Below are positions 28,181-39,979 of a stretch of DNA of 64,000 bases, piece after piece. The notes beneath the pieces were generated by a model. The model made no database searches. It was not told the DNA's origin and worked only from the letters and a program-made list of their open reading frames with translations. This DNA comes from the human T2T-CHM13v2.0 reference genome, Homo sapiens. A program made the position numbers and the translations under genes. The stretch lies in NCBI RefSeq assembly GCF_009914755.1, contig NC_060935.1, one strand, 5' to 3'. Within the stretch, counting starts at the first letter, position 1; every line of letters starts with the position of its first letter.

Positions 28181-28389
28181 TAATGTTTCTGGGCTTAGAC
28201 AACTGACAGTCGACTGAGCCAGCAGGGCCTGAGCTTGGGAAAGAGGAAAGCTTGGCAACCTCTCCCGCACCGGCCCAGTGGGTCTCCCACCTCCAGCACC
28301 ATTCTGTGTGGGTGTTCCATGTTCTGGAACCTGCCTCACGTTGCCCAGTCTTTGTTAGATGAGCACATGCTTCATTTTCTGGGCTGTAT

Positions 28390-28580
28390 CATGCGCTCTA
28401 CCCTGAGACAATGTACAAGTCCCCAAAGGCAGGTATTAGTATCCCCATTTACAGATAAGAATGCTGAGGCTTAGAAAGATCGAGTAGCCTACCCCTGATC
28501 ACATGGCTGACAAATGGCAAAAGCCAACACTCAAGCCCCTTCTGTTGGATCCCAAAGCCTGTTTTACTATGTCACACCAA
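28390..28580 (-). mobile_element. MIR
   Basis: aggtattagtatccccattttacagataagaatgctgaggcttagaaag. Confidence 0.85.
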
Positions 28581-28929
28581 GACAAAATTCAGAGTATACA
28601 GTTTGCCAGGTAACAATGTGTTTGTGAGCATAATATAAATCAATGTGTGAAGTTGGGAGTGTCCAGAAGACCCCTGAATGCGTTGTATTTATATGAACTA
28701 TGTGATTGGTTACCACCGGAGCTATTCCAAAGGCAATCACTGTATTGTGCTCACCCAGCCTAACAATTCCCTTGTGCTCTGCACTTGATAGCTGGTTTAA
28801 AAATCAAAACCCAAAACAAGCAAACAGAACAATGCTAGCAGATTCTTAGTACAGTTGCATGCACGTGCTTAGCCTGGCCTAGTGGGGCAGGCTCCCTGCC
28901 CTCACACCCTGCTCAACCCTCTTATGCTC

Positions 28930-29510
28930 ACAGGTGCACACACACAGGTACACACTACACACACACTCACATACACACCAAAAACACAGACACCCCACAC
29001 ACTGACACACCCCACCTGCTCTCACACATGTTGCACACACACAAGCTACACACACATGCTACATACACACATGCTACACACACACCTCCCACACTCACAC
29101 ATGCTACATACACACATGCTACACACACACCTCCCACACTCACACATGCTACATACACACATGCTACACACACACCTCCCACACTCACACATGCTACATA
29201 CACACATGCTACACACACACCTCCCACACTCACACATGCTACATACACACATGCTACACACACACCTCCCACACACTCTCACACATGCTACATACACACA
29301 TGCCACACACACTCTCACACATGCTACATACACACATGCTACACACACACTACACACACACCCCACACACTCTCACACATGCTACATGCACACACACACA
29401 CATGCTGCACACACATGCCTCACATACACATGCATGCCGCACACACACGGTGCACACACACAGCACACACACCACATGCTGTTCACACCCTCATGCTGCA
29501 CACACACATG
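28930..29510. repeat. CA-rich low-complexity block containing a 45-bp tandem repeat
   Basis: Unit cacacatgctacatacacacatgctacacacacacctcccacact, identical at 29051, 29096, 29141, 29186 and near-identical at 29231. Confidence 0.95.
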
Positions 29511-30623
29511 CATGCGTTGGCAGGTGCTTCCTTTTCACCCTTCTTTTTCCATTCAGCCTTGTCCCAAATTTACATGGGAATAAATAAAACAAAAAACAAA
29601 GCAAAGATTGCCTGTGGGGGTGGGGCTGTCCCCCTCAATGGCATCTGCAGGTTGCTGGCTGTGTTTTGCAGCCCGAGGCCTATTTCTCAGTCCCAGCTCC
29701 TTGGGGCCAGAAGCCTGGAACAAACCCAAGGGCAGGCCTTAGGCACGGGGACCTGCCCTGACTCCTCCGTAGGGCCAGGTTGGCCATGCCTTCAGAGCTC
29801 CAAATCCCAAAGGAATTAGTATGCAAAACTAAGACCCACCTCACATTAATTTAGTGGGTGAACTGTGTGTCTCCCCCTCCCCTGCAAATCTATATGGACT
29901 AAAAATACCTGCGCCCTCCATGGCGCCCAAGACTGCTGACAAAGGAATTTGCATTTGCAGTCAGAAACACCCTCGGATTATTTTTGAAATCACCTCCCTT
30001 ACATTTTAAACAGGTTGGTGGATTCATCATTTAGGCTGCCACCAGGAGGCAGCTATTAAGAGATGTGACTGGGAATGGCATTTTTCTTAAAAAAAAGTGG
30101 CGATTTCACTACAATGTCGTGATTTTTTTTGGCTTAAAAATAAAATCTGTTTGAACCTAGGATTCTTTAGACAAACTGATATCTTCAGGGAAAGTAGATT
30201 AATAGGAAATGTTTTTGGAGGAACCAGGTGTCTTCCCAGTTCCCGTGGAATGACAGCAAGGACAGTGCGCGGCAGCCAAGATGGAGAACAGGGAGGAGGT
30301 GGGGGAAGGGGGCACTCCCTTTCCTTCTGGGCCTCTTGGACTAGGGGAGGGGAGGACAGGGTGCAATCGCAGGATCAATTAGCAGCCCAAAAGTAAATTA
30401 GCCAGGAAATTAGCTTTTCAGGTGTCCAACTGTGTGTCTTCTCAAAGACTGCAGTCCTACCCATCTGCTATTTACGCTTTGTGCAGGGCTCGGGAAAGAA
30501 TGTGGTCCCACTTACACATCCAGCCTGCCAGAGAGCAGGTCTCAGGGATGCCTAAACGCAGTGGGGAAGTTGGAAGGATCCGCAAAGGCTGGAGTGGAGA
30601 GGTTGCAGCAAGGAGGAAAACGC

Positions 30624-31066
30624 TGTGTGCGTGCGGATGGAGAGGTCTGCCTGTATGTTTGTCTGTGTGTCTGGGGGTGTGTGTGTGACCGTGTGTGTCT
30701 GTATGTGTGTTTACGTCTGTGTGTATCAGTGTGAATAACCATATGTGTATGTGTGTGTGTGTCTGTGTGTGTCTGAGTGTGTGTCTACCTGTTTATCTGT
30801 GAGCGTGTGTACACGTGTGTATTGTGTAAGTGTATCTGTGTGTGTGCGTGTTTGGGTGTCTGTGTGTGTCTGCCTGTGTGTATGTGTGTGTACACATACC
30901 TGTGTGTGTATGTATGCATGTGTGTGTCTGTGTTTATGTCTGTGTATCTGTATGTATAACCATGTGTGCATTTCTTCATATGTATGTCTGTGTGTCTGTA
31001 GGAGTCTAGGTCTGGGTGTCTGTGTGTGTAAATGTGTCTGTGTGTATGTATATGCCTGTGTGTATG
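30624..31066. repeat. Degenerate (TG)n-rich block
   Basis: Direct reading; source of the CV-repeat ORFs. Confidence 0.95.
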
Positions 31067-31639
31067 ATGCGGGCATGAGATTTGCAGAGAGGGTGTTGGG
31101 GCACAAAATGAGGACTTGGTTTACACACAAGCACAGGCCACGGAACCCCACCACCAGCAGATGGAGCTGAAGGTACAGTTTTGCGGGAGGCCAGGCTGAA
31201 CTGCCAGCTGTTTTGGTTTGCTGGAGACCTCAGAAAGAATGACCATGTTGAGTGGAAGAGCTATCTGCATGGAGAGAGAGGAAACCCCAAACACACCCTG
31301 GAGTCTTGCTTCTTCACTACGAAGCCAGTATTGTTTTGACTTGCTGATTGAATTGCAGGTGGAAACTAAATACATCGTACCTTGCTTTATTTCAGTGTGT
31401 GATTGGGAGATAAGGGTCCCCCTGTAGCCAGTTTAGAATTAGAATTTTAAAGTCTGGATAAACCTTAAAGAATCCAAGGCATCCTTTTGCTTTACAGATG
31501 AGAAAAAAAGGAGCTGAATTCTCTGGCGTTTTTGTTTCCTCGCCCTCACTCTGTCCAAGCCCCGCAGCCACCCACCCTTTTTTGTCCCAGTCTTTCGTAT
31601 CAAAACCTCCCTCCTACCTCTTTTTCCTTCCTGTCCAGT

Positions 31640-32270
31640 ACAGTCTTTGATCACCTCCCACCTGAGCTCATTCAATGGTCTCCTAACTGGCCTCCCTGCC
31701 TGTGGGCTTTCCGCACTCCGGCCCTCTCCACACCACCACAAGGTTAACCTTCCAGCCCAGCTCTGATTGTGTCGGGCTCTGTGCAGACCCTTCAGTGGGC
31801 CGCCACTGCCAGCAGCTGCAGAATCAAACCCGGCTGTAGCCTGGCTCCAATCTGGAAATGACACACCTTTCCAGCCTCACACTGGGTCACCTCTTTTGCC
31901 CTCCCTCTTCGAGAGCCAAACTGAGTTTCTTGCGATGTCCGTGCACACCCTGAGCTCTGTGTCACTCTACCTTTGTTATTGTTTTCTTTTTCAATTTGTC
32001 CTCGTCGTATTTTATTTCCAAATGACTCCTCAAATCTCCCCTTCACATGCTACCTTCCCTATAAGGCTGTCCTGATGACATCAGCAAGAAAGATCTATTT
32101 CCTGCTCTGATCTCTCCAGGCACTTCCTCTTGACCCCTCTGCTGTAACCTGGGCCTTTCACTGTGATTATCTGTATTCACATCCCATCCCTCTGTCTTGA
32201 AGAGACTCACCACTTTGTTTTCCCACTACTGTTGCATATAGGAACTCAATAAAGTTTTGTGGGCAAATGA
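31640..32270 (+). mobile_element. L2 fragments
   Basis: ggtctcctaactggcctccctgcc...; 3' end ataggaactcaataaagttttgtgggcaaatgaat. Confidence 0.65.
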
Positions 32271-32677
32271 ATACAAGTATTTGACCTTACATACATTTTT
32301 CCCAGCTCAGCCTGCATTTGACGTGGTTTATGGTGGTTTCCTCAGCTCAGTCTTTCCCACTGACAGACAGCATGACCACGTGCAATCACCCCCCAGCCCC
32401 CCGCAATGTGCCTTCAGTATCCTCAACTCTCAATTGAGAACATGAGTAAAAATTAGTAGATTTCACTTTTTTTAATGTGTGTGCTATCCCCTAGCGTCAG
32501 GCAAGTTTATCTCCCGGGCCCTCTCCCTTCCTTGATGACTGGAAGAGGGGACAGGCGCAAACTCATAGCTGCTTCTCCCCGCCTACGCGCTATGACTTGT
32601 TGGAAAACCATTGTTTCAGAGGAGGAGTCCTTTCCGGCCCTGCCAGTCATTGTGTGATTTACAACAACTCCTTCTAC

Positions 32678-32764
32678 CTTTCGTAGCTTGAAGACTTCCC
32701 CACTCTCCTTCGGGGTAGATGTGGAAGCAATATAAGAGTGAAGAAGTTCTACTGTCTCCGGCAT
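32678..32764 (-). other. Candidate exon (87 nt) of a putative minus-strand transcript
   Basis: Weak acceptor ttaacag|ATGCCG and donor AAG|GTAGAA; phase 0-0; reads MPETVELLHSYIASTSTPKESGEVFKLRK. Confidence 0.25.
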
Positions 32765-33199
32765 CTGTTAACATTTCACTGGCTTCCCGAGAAATTGGCT
32801 CATCCTGTCCTTGCTCATCTTTTGTCCCAAGTAAAATTTAAAATTATTTCAGATGGCTTAGTCGATGCCAGCTTGTAGCCTTCCAACTGCTATTTCTAAA
32901 AATTTATGCTCTCATTTTATTTTATTCTTAGGAGGATGATAGACTTTTAGAAACAGAAGGAAACTTCAGTGATAATTCAGAAAATTTAATTTAATTGTAG
33001 ATCTCAGGCCCAGGTGCCACTGTCCCATGCTTTCTTCCTTGTCCCTTGTCCTTCCTCATCTAAGATAGCTCCTGGAATTCCCATTGAAATGGAAGCAAAT
33101 CTTAAGGTTAGAGCCTGGCCCATCCAGCTCTGAACAGTTACTGCTCTGTGAGCACGGCTCTCACTCACCTTTCCTATGCCTTAAGGACTTCACTGTTGG

Positions 33200-33420
33200 T
33201 ACAGCTTTAAGTCAGCCGATATTTACTGATCACAGACCATGTGCTATGCAAAAGTCATCTTATTTCATTCACACCTCAGCTGTACAGAGCAGACGCTAAT
33301 TTTACAAGATGGAAAACAGACACAGGAAGTTTAAGTAACTTGATGAATGGCCCTCACCTTCAGGAGGTGAAGCTGGGATAGAAGCCTGGGAATTCTGGCT
33401 CGAGTCTTTGCTTTTATCGA
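33200..33420 (-). mobile_element. MIR
   Basis: ttttacaagatggaaaacagacacaggaagtttaagtaacttg...gaagctgggatagaagcc. Confidence 0.7.
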
Positions 33421-33489
33421 GTCCATTTTCATGCACTCTTGTGAAGGCAAAAGCTTAGGGGAAGGAAAAATAGTTCCACGCTGAAGTCA

Positions 33490-33720
33490 CAGTAGAAAGA
33501 AAGTGGATGGGCTTTGGATTTAGAGACAGCTGAAATGAATCCTGGTTTTACCATTTACTTACATGATCTTGGGAAAGCTACTTTAATTTTCAGAGCAGTG
33601 GTTTCTTTATTAACAAAATGGGATAATAATACTATTGCAAATGAAATAGCACACTAACTGAAGTTGTATGTGTGCAATGCCTAGCAATGGCTCCTGGTTG
33701 AATATTGGGTGCTCTCTGAA
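33490..33720 (+). mobile_element. MIR
   Basis: gggctttggatttagagacagctg...gaatcctgg...catgatcttgggaaag...aaaatgggataataat. Confidence 0.8.
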
Positions 33721-36126
33721 TGATGGTCTCTTTCCTCTGAGTAGAAAGCTTGGCAGCCCTTGTCCCGCCTGATGGGTGCCCCAGCCTGGTCATATGTCTG
33801 GAGCTTAGCCTAGCCTAAGGTTGGATTCCAGGCTGTGAGCCAGCGAGGGCCCTCCTCTTTAAGCAGTGCCCCTTTGTAGCTCTGAGCAGCTTCTCTCACC
33901 CCTCCCTACCTTTTCTGAGGTTCAAGGAATTCTATTCCCTTGAATCTTAAGGGGGAGAAAGTGCTGATAAAAAGACACCAACTTGCAAAATTTAGAAGCC
34001 AATTCTCAGAGAGAAAATGATTGAAATAAAACCCTTTTAGCACAGGACACAGCATTTCTCAATCAGAAATGAGCCTAAGAAATAACCCACATGTACTACC
34101 CAATACTTAATTTTCAAAAAAAGCTTATCTTCGGTCTCCCCACCTCCCCTAAAATGCAACATATTTGAGATGAAGACTCAAATACGTCTTTTAAAAAATA
34201 GTCCTATTTCAGACCTGCTATAGTAGGTGTAGCAGAAAGAAGGTGGTAAGATTGGGTCTATTTAAGGACCTGACCTAACCTAAATACAGAATCTACAAGC
34301 TGCCATACAGAAGGAACAAATGTGAGAAAGCCCATCTGAAAGCACCATTACATTTTTATGAGACTGTAGCTGAATCTATTGTGAGTTTATTATCTGTTGC
34401 TGCACATGCAAAACACTACCAAGAAAGAGTTTGTGTGATCATGTGAGTGGGTATGCTTGTGTTTTAATCAGGGAGAACATGAAAACCAACATACGTTGTC
34501 CCTCTGAGTCTTGGCAGCTCAGAGTTAAATTTAGTGCTCAGTGGTGCTCAGTCGCCCAGCCCAGGTGGTGCTGGATACATTTCTTTCCTTGTTCATTTTA
34601 ACTTTGTGTTCCTATTTTCATTTGTAGCTATTCTGCTTCATATATATTTTAACATCACAAGCTGTCTCAGACCCTTTTTCCAAGTAGGTGGAATATAAAT
34701 CATGAGTAAATAAATAAAGCTACTGAGGCAATGAGTGACTTCTGAGGAAGTGGAGGTATCACAGGCAGGCAGACACAGCATGACTGAATGTTATTATAGT
34801 GTGGTTTATACTATGATGATACAACTATAGCTATTAGCGATCAAACATTGTTTATGCATTGTTGCCTCTTCTATGTTTATTAATTGATTTCTATAAGCTT
34901 ACACAAATAGTTTATCAATATGAATACTTTGCATTTATGGGCTTGTTCTCTCCCTGTTAATCCAAGGAGATGCATGGAGAGAGGATTGCACCTGTTAGCT
35001 GCTCCTCTCTCCCTCCCCTCTAGAGACTCATCATGCTTTGTGGCTCCTGTAGGCCACCCTGCCCTGGGCTCCCTGGGGAAGTCTTTCTTCCTTTTCTTTC
35101 TGCATTTGCCACTGTTGGTCCCCTAGGTCTTTCCTTTGTCATCAGGTACTGTGTCTTCTCTTCCTTGTTTCCCTGCAGCTCCTGCAGTTTCTCCCTATGA
35201 AGAATAAAGAGCTTCAGCCAATTTCAGTCCTAAAATTTGGAGGAATGTGTCAGTATCTTCAAGGGATTTCCAAGCTCTTCCTGAAGACATGCTGTGTACA
35301 CATGTCTTCATGTACACTCCCTTGCCACATTCAGGAGTTTCATTTATTCTTTCATGCTACTGGATTGTGTGTCAGTGCCTCTAAGACATCTTATTACCAA
35401 ATCATTCTCCACTGGGTACAATTCCACCAAATTCCAGCCACCCTCAATCAAGAGTAAAGCAGGGTCACGCAGATCTGGCACAAACTATTCACAAACAGGT
35501 GAGGAAACAGAACTCAGGAGCTTGGGCCAGCCTTTAATTAACCTTGAGGAAGTCCTCCCTGGAGTTTTACTATGGCTCAGCAGCAACTGGCTTTTGGGTG
35601 GGAAGTGGCAGAATGGTTATGCACAAGGAGAAATAGATATTGACATACTGAGGAATACTTAGATTCGTCGATTTCTCAGTGTCCTTCGTTCTTGTTGTTT
35701 CATTTGTCTTGATTCCCCAAAAGGGCCAGTGGCTGCCTCACATATTGGCTTGTTCAGCCAGGATCTATGATCATGTTTTCCACTTCACAAAAGCCATCCT
35801 GCTCACATTACCAAACAGTTACCTATCATTTTCTGGCTCTCTGTCAAATTTTGGTAAATTTTGCAGAAGCCCAAAGGAGTTGGTATATCTCTCTGCATGT
35901 GTGCATGTATAGTTGAAAGAATATGAATGGTGTATTTATGAGTATAAAATGGAATTGTAGTATTTTAAGAGCCCGTCTAATTTGGTGATTCATATTTTTA
36001 TATCAGTTGATAGTGGCTAGATTGAAAGCTGGTACCATTAAGATTTTGTTAAAGAATTATAGTATCATACTGTGGGGTAATTAGACCAGATTTATAGGGG
36101 ACAATGTTGACACTTAAAACCAGCAA

Positions 36127-36350
36127 GAGAATGATTTATAATCCTTTATGCATATACCCAGTAATGAGATTGCTGGGTCAAATGGTATTTCTGCTTCTAG
36201 ATCCTTGAGGAATCACTACACTGTCTTCCACAATGGTTGAACTCATTTACACTCCCACCAACAATGTAAAAACGTTCCTATTTCTCCACATCCTCTCCAG
36301 CACCTGTTGTGTCCTGACTTTTTAATGATCGCCATTCTGACCGGTGTGAG
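36127..36350 (-). mobile_element. Inverted 5' segment of a twin-primed L1PA
   Basis: Antisense L1 from agaatgatttata to ggtgtgaga, corresponding to the region just upstream of the sense segment. Confidence 0.9.
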
Positions 36351-36823
36351 ACACATGCACATGTATGTTTATTGCAGCACCATTTACAATAGCAAAGACT
36401 TGGAACCAACCCAAATGCCCATCAATGATAGACTGGATAAAGAAAATGTGGCACATATACACCATGGAATACTATGCAGCCATAAAAATAATGAGTTCAT
36501 GTCCTTTTCAGGAACATGGATGAAGCTGGAAACCATCATTCTCAGCAAACTAACACAGGAACAGAAAACCAAACACCGCATGTTCTCACTCATAAGTGGG
36601 AGCTGAACAATGAGAACACATGGACACAGGGTAGGGAACATCACACACCGGGGCCTGTTGGGGGATGGGGGGCAAGGAGAGATACAGCGTTAGGAGAAAT
36701 ACCTAATGCATGTGGGGCTTAAAACCTAGATGATGGGTTGATGGGTGCAGCAAATCACCAGGGCACATGTACAGCTATGTAGCAAACCTGCACGTTCTGC
36801 ACATGTATCCCAGAACTTAAAGT
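36350..36823 (+). mobile_element. Sense 3' segment of the same L1PA (about L1PA7-8)
   Basis: gacacatgcacatgtatgtttattgcagcac...cccagaacttaaagt; ORF2 C-terminal remnant [29 protein letters not shown]. Confidence 0.95.
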
Positions 36824-37000
36824 GTGTGTGTGTGTATATATATACATATATATATACCGTATATATATACATATATATATACACATATATATATACACAC
36901 ATATATATACACATATATATATACACACATATATATACACACATATATATATATACACACACACACTTTTAATGTATATATATCAGCTGCTACATATATA
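36822..37000. repeat. (TG)/(TA)/(CA) compound microsatellite in the L1 tail
   Basis: Direct reading. Confidence 0.95.
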
Positions 37001-37204
37001 TCAGAATGGCGATCATTAAAAAGTCAGGAAACAACAGGTGCTATCTCTCCCCTTGCCGCCATCCCCCAACAGGCCCCAGTGTGTGATATTCCCCACCCTG
37101 TGTCCATGTGTTCTCATTGTTCAGCTCCCACTTATGAGTGAGAACATGCAGTGTTTGGTTTTCTGCTCCTGTGTTAGTTTGCTGAGAATGATGGTTTCCA
37201 GCTT
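37001..37204 (-). mobile_element. Two-piece inverted duplicate of the adjacent L1
   Basis: 37001-37042 is the reverse complement of 36299-36340 with 1 mismatch; 37039-37204 is approximately the reverse complement of 36523-36688. Confidence 0.85.
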
Positions 37205-37312
37205 TTATATATATATTATATATTATATATTATATATATTATATTTACATATAATATATTTATATAATATAATATAATATAATATAATATTATATATATA
37301 TATAATAATATA

Positions 37313-37351
<39 letters not shown>
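37205..37351. repeat. AT-rich tract ending in (TA)n
   Basis: Almost purely A/T, ending in an uninterrupted TA run. Confidence 0.97.
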
Positions 37352-37354
<3 letters not shown>

Positions 37355-38324
37355 CAACAGGGTGTTAGTCCCAAGCCTTGATGGTTGCTTCAATGTGAAA
37401 AGAAAATAAACATAAAGGCCTTCTTGGTCTCACCTGGGCTCCCACAGTTCAAGGTCTGGAAAGAGGTAGGTTGGGGAAAATGTGGCCCATCACCTCTCCT
37501 GCACACAAATGGGATGAGTCATTTTGACTGACAGTCCAGCAAGATGTGGAACAAGAGCTATAAATCTAGGGCATGTGGCATGCTGTGTTTTATCATGCTT
37601 GTCATCCTGGTTTTAAGTCATTTCTTTGAAGAGGAATTGTGTTCATCATGATGGCTAATTTTTTTCAATTGTTTTTAAAAACAAAAAAACCAAGCAGCAG
37701 CAACAACAAAATAACAGTTAAGACATTCTCCACTAAAGAAATATTGTTGCACACCATATGAAACACATTTTAAACCCAGAGTTTATATTTCAATTGACTA
37801 AGTTTCTTAATTGTAACATTCAAATCTTACAGGCCCCAGTTTTGAGGGTGGTAGTTAAACCTTTACTATTTTACTATTTCTTGTGCATTCTCAGCCAAGG
37901 ACTAGCAATTAGTTTAATAAAAAATTTGTCTTTTGCGTAGATCTATCTCTATTCCTTCTAAAACTGCCTAAATTGTTCTCTAAACTAGTTCATCTAAATG
38001 TAAGGAATAATTAGGATCATTTTGATTTGGTTAATCCAAAGATTAATCAGGGCTGTATTATTGCCAAAGGTCTTATTCCAGCCCAGGAAAAGGATCATAA
38101 TACCAATTCTCAACCCTTATCAGTTGGATTTTCTGTACGAGGGATAGGTCTGCAGTAATGAGAAACTTAGTTGTGATTTGTAATTGAAGAGAGTTTTTCT
38201 ATTAACTAACTATGTAAAGAACAAACTCAGGAAGGCGAGGGCTGAGGTCCCCTTCTTGGTGCCTATTTGTATGACGGGGCCTGATGGGGCAGCAGCCGGC
38301 CAAAGGCAAGAATAGAGACTTAAG

Positions 38325-38445
38325 CTGAGACAGAACTGGGGCCTTGTCCTGGATTCTCCACTTGTTCACTGCGCCTTGGAAAAGCTACTTAAACCCCATG
38401 AGCCTTATTTCATCACATATAGAATGGGTTTAATACTTTCTCCTT
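38325..38445 (+). mobile_element. MIR
   Basis: ccttggaaaagctacttaaaccccatgagccttatttcatcacatatagaatggg. Confidence 0.7.
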
Positions 38446-38589
38446 AAAATGTTTCCCCTCACTGTCTATCCTTCCTCACTTAATCAAAAAATTCTGGTTT
38501 ATTGGTTTTATACATTGGGCTTCCTGGAAACATTTTACGTAGAGAAAGTTTCCCTACACTTTAAAAGAAAAAAAGAGATTGAACATCAC

Positions 38590-38740
38590 TGCTTATAATA
38601 TTTGGTGAGTTCCTTGAAGGCAGGATCTGTGAATTGTTTACACCTCTGTCTTGACAGCCTGGTTGAGGACCTGGTATTTAATATGGTAGGCTCTGAATTT
38701 TTGGAATGTTGAATGAATCAGTGAATGAGTGGATGAATCT
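38590..38740 (+). mobile_element. L2 3' end
   Basis: gagttccttgaaggcagga...tggtaggctc...tgttgaatgaatcagtgaatgagtggatgaat. Confidence 0.7.
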
Positions 38741-39979
38741 ATAATAATGCAGAAAATTTATGTTTTCATGTCCTTCAGCCAAGCACTGTTGTGCACTGTG
38801 GTGCTGTTATATTAGACGAAGAATAGAAAGTTAAAAAGAAAAAAGAAAGCTATACCCAAGGAAATCAGAGAAGCCTTTTGTAGCATTGTGAAATGTCATG
38901 GATTTTAAGTCACAAGAAAGCAAAAGGATCCTTCAACAGTTTCTGTACACAGCCTTGCACAATGAATCGCATAAGAAAGGCTTTTGGTAATGACGACATT
39001 GAAAATGATGATGAGTCTCCCTTCTGTGGGCTTCATGGACACTGTCCTGGAGCTGGAAGTGGCCAGCTGGCAGGGAAAGAGCTCTTTCCCACTCATGTCT
39101 TTGTCCTTTGTTTATTCTCGATTACTCCCTTTAGTGGAAGGCTTTCCAAGAACTGTTTTTCAGTTCCTGGAGGCTGCAGCAGTGGCATCCTGAAGGGTGA
39201 GTGGTGGCAGAGGCAGCGAGGAGCCTCCCAGGCTGAGGAGGGGCCCAGTGCAAGGGAGAGTCGGGCCCAGGAGTGACACTCAACAATTTTGTTTTGAACT
39301 TCTCTGTTATTTCCAGCAAAGCGATTTCCGTGACATTTTCTTGTGGCATTTGAAGGGGGATAAAGTAGATTTTTTTTTCTTTATCATATTTTTTTCCTTT
39401 TCTCCCTCTCCAAAGCGATTTATCTGGTCTTTCTCCAAGAGTCAGCACTCCGCAGAGGCTAATCAACAGTGTGCATGTTGCAGAAGGAGGCATATGTGTG
39501 CTTCTCCAGCTGTGTGGGTGCCTGTGTACACACACTTGTGTGCGTGCAGTGAGGCAGCAGCTGTGGGCACATCAGGAGAAATCCTGTCACATAAAGCTTG
39601 TGATGAAGATGCCAGTGATAAACAAGCTGCCGGAGGCCCACTGGGTCTCCTCCACTCATCTCCCACCACATTCAGACTCTCTGGCTAGTGGATTATCCAT
39701 AACCAATCTTTAATCCCTGGCTTGGTCTCAGGTGCCTGGTCCTATTACTCTCCTGATGTGTGATCATGAAAAGACCAATTAATTTTAATCTTAGCCCAAG
39801 CAAAATATAATTAGACAAATCTGCTAGAAGAATATCATATGAGGCATTTCAAAGCCAAAAGCAGGTCAAATTCTGCCATTGGAAGGCCAGAAGACAACGT
39901 TTTGTTTTCTCTTTGTGCAGTAGAACCACCATTGAAGAGATATCACTTATGCTACTCTCCACAGCAACCAGAGCTGAGA

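Noticed and set aside
29051-29275. CRISPR-like array
   Set aside because: Units are head-to-tail and identical with no unique spacers, there are no cas genes, and the context is mammalian
28882-29819. 233-aa and 263-aa His/Thr-rich ORFs
   Set aside because: Translations of a CA-rich tract with a 45-bp unit that lacks stop codons; no coding signal
30432-31170. Cys/Val-rich ORFs
   Set aside because: Products of the TG-rich tract
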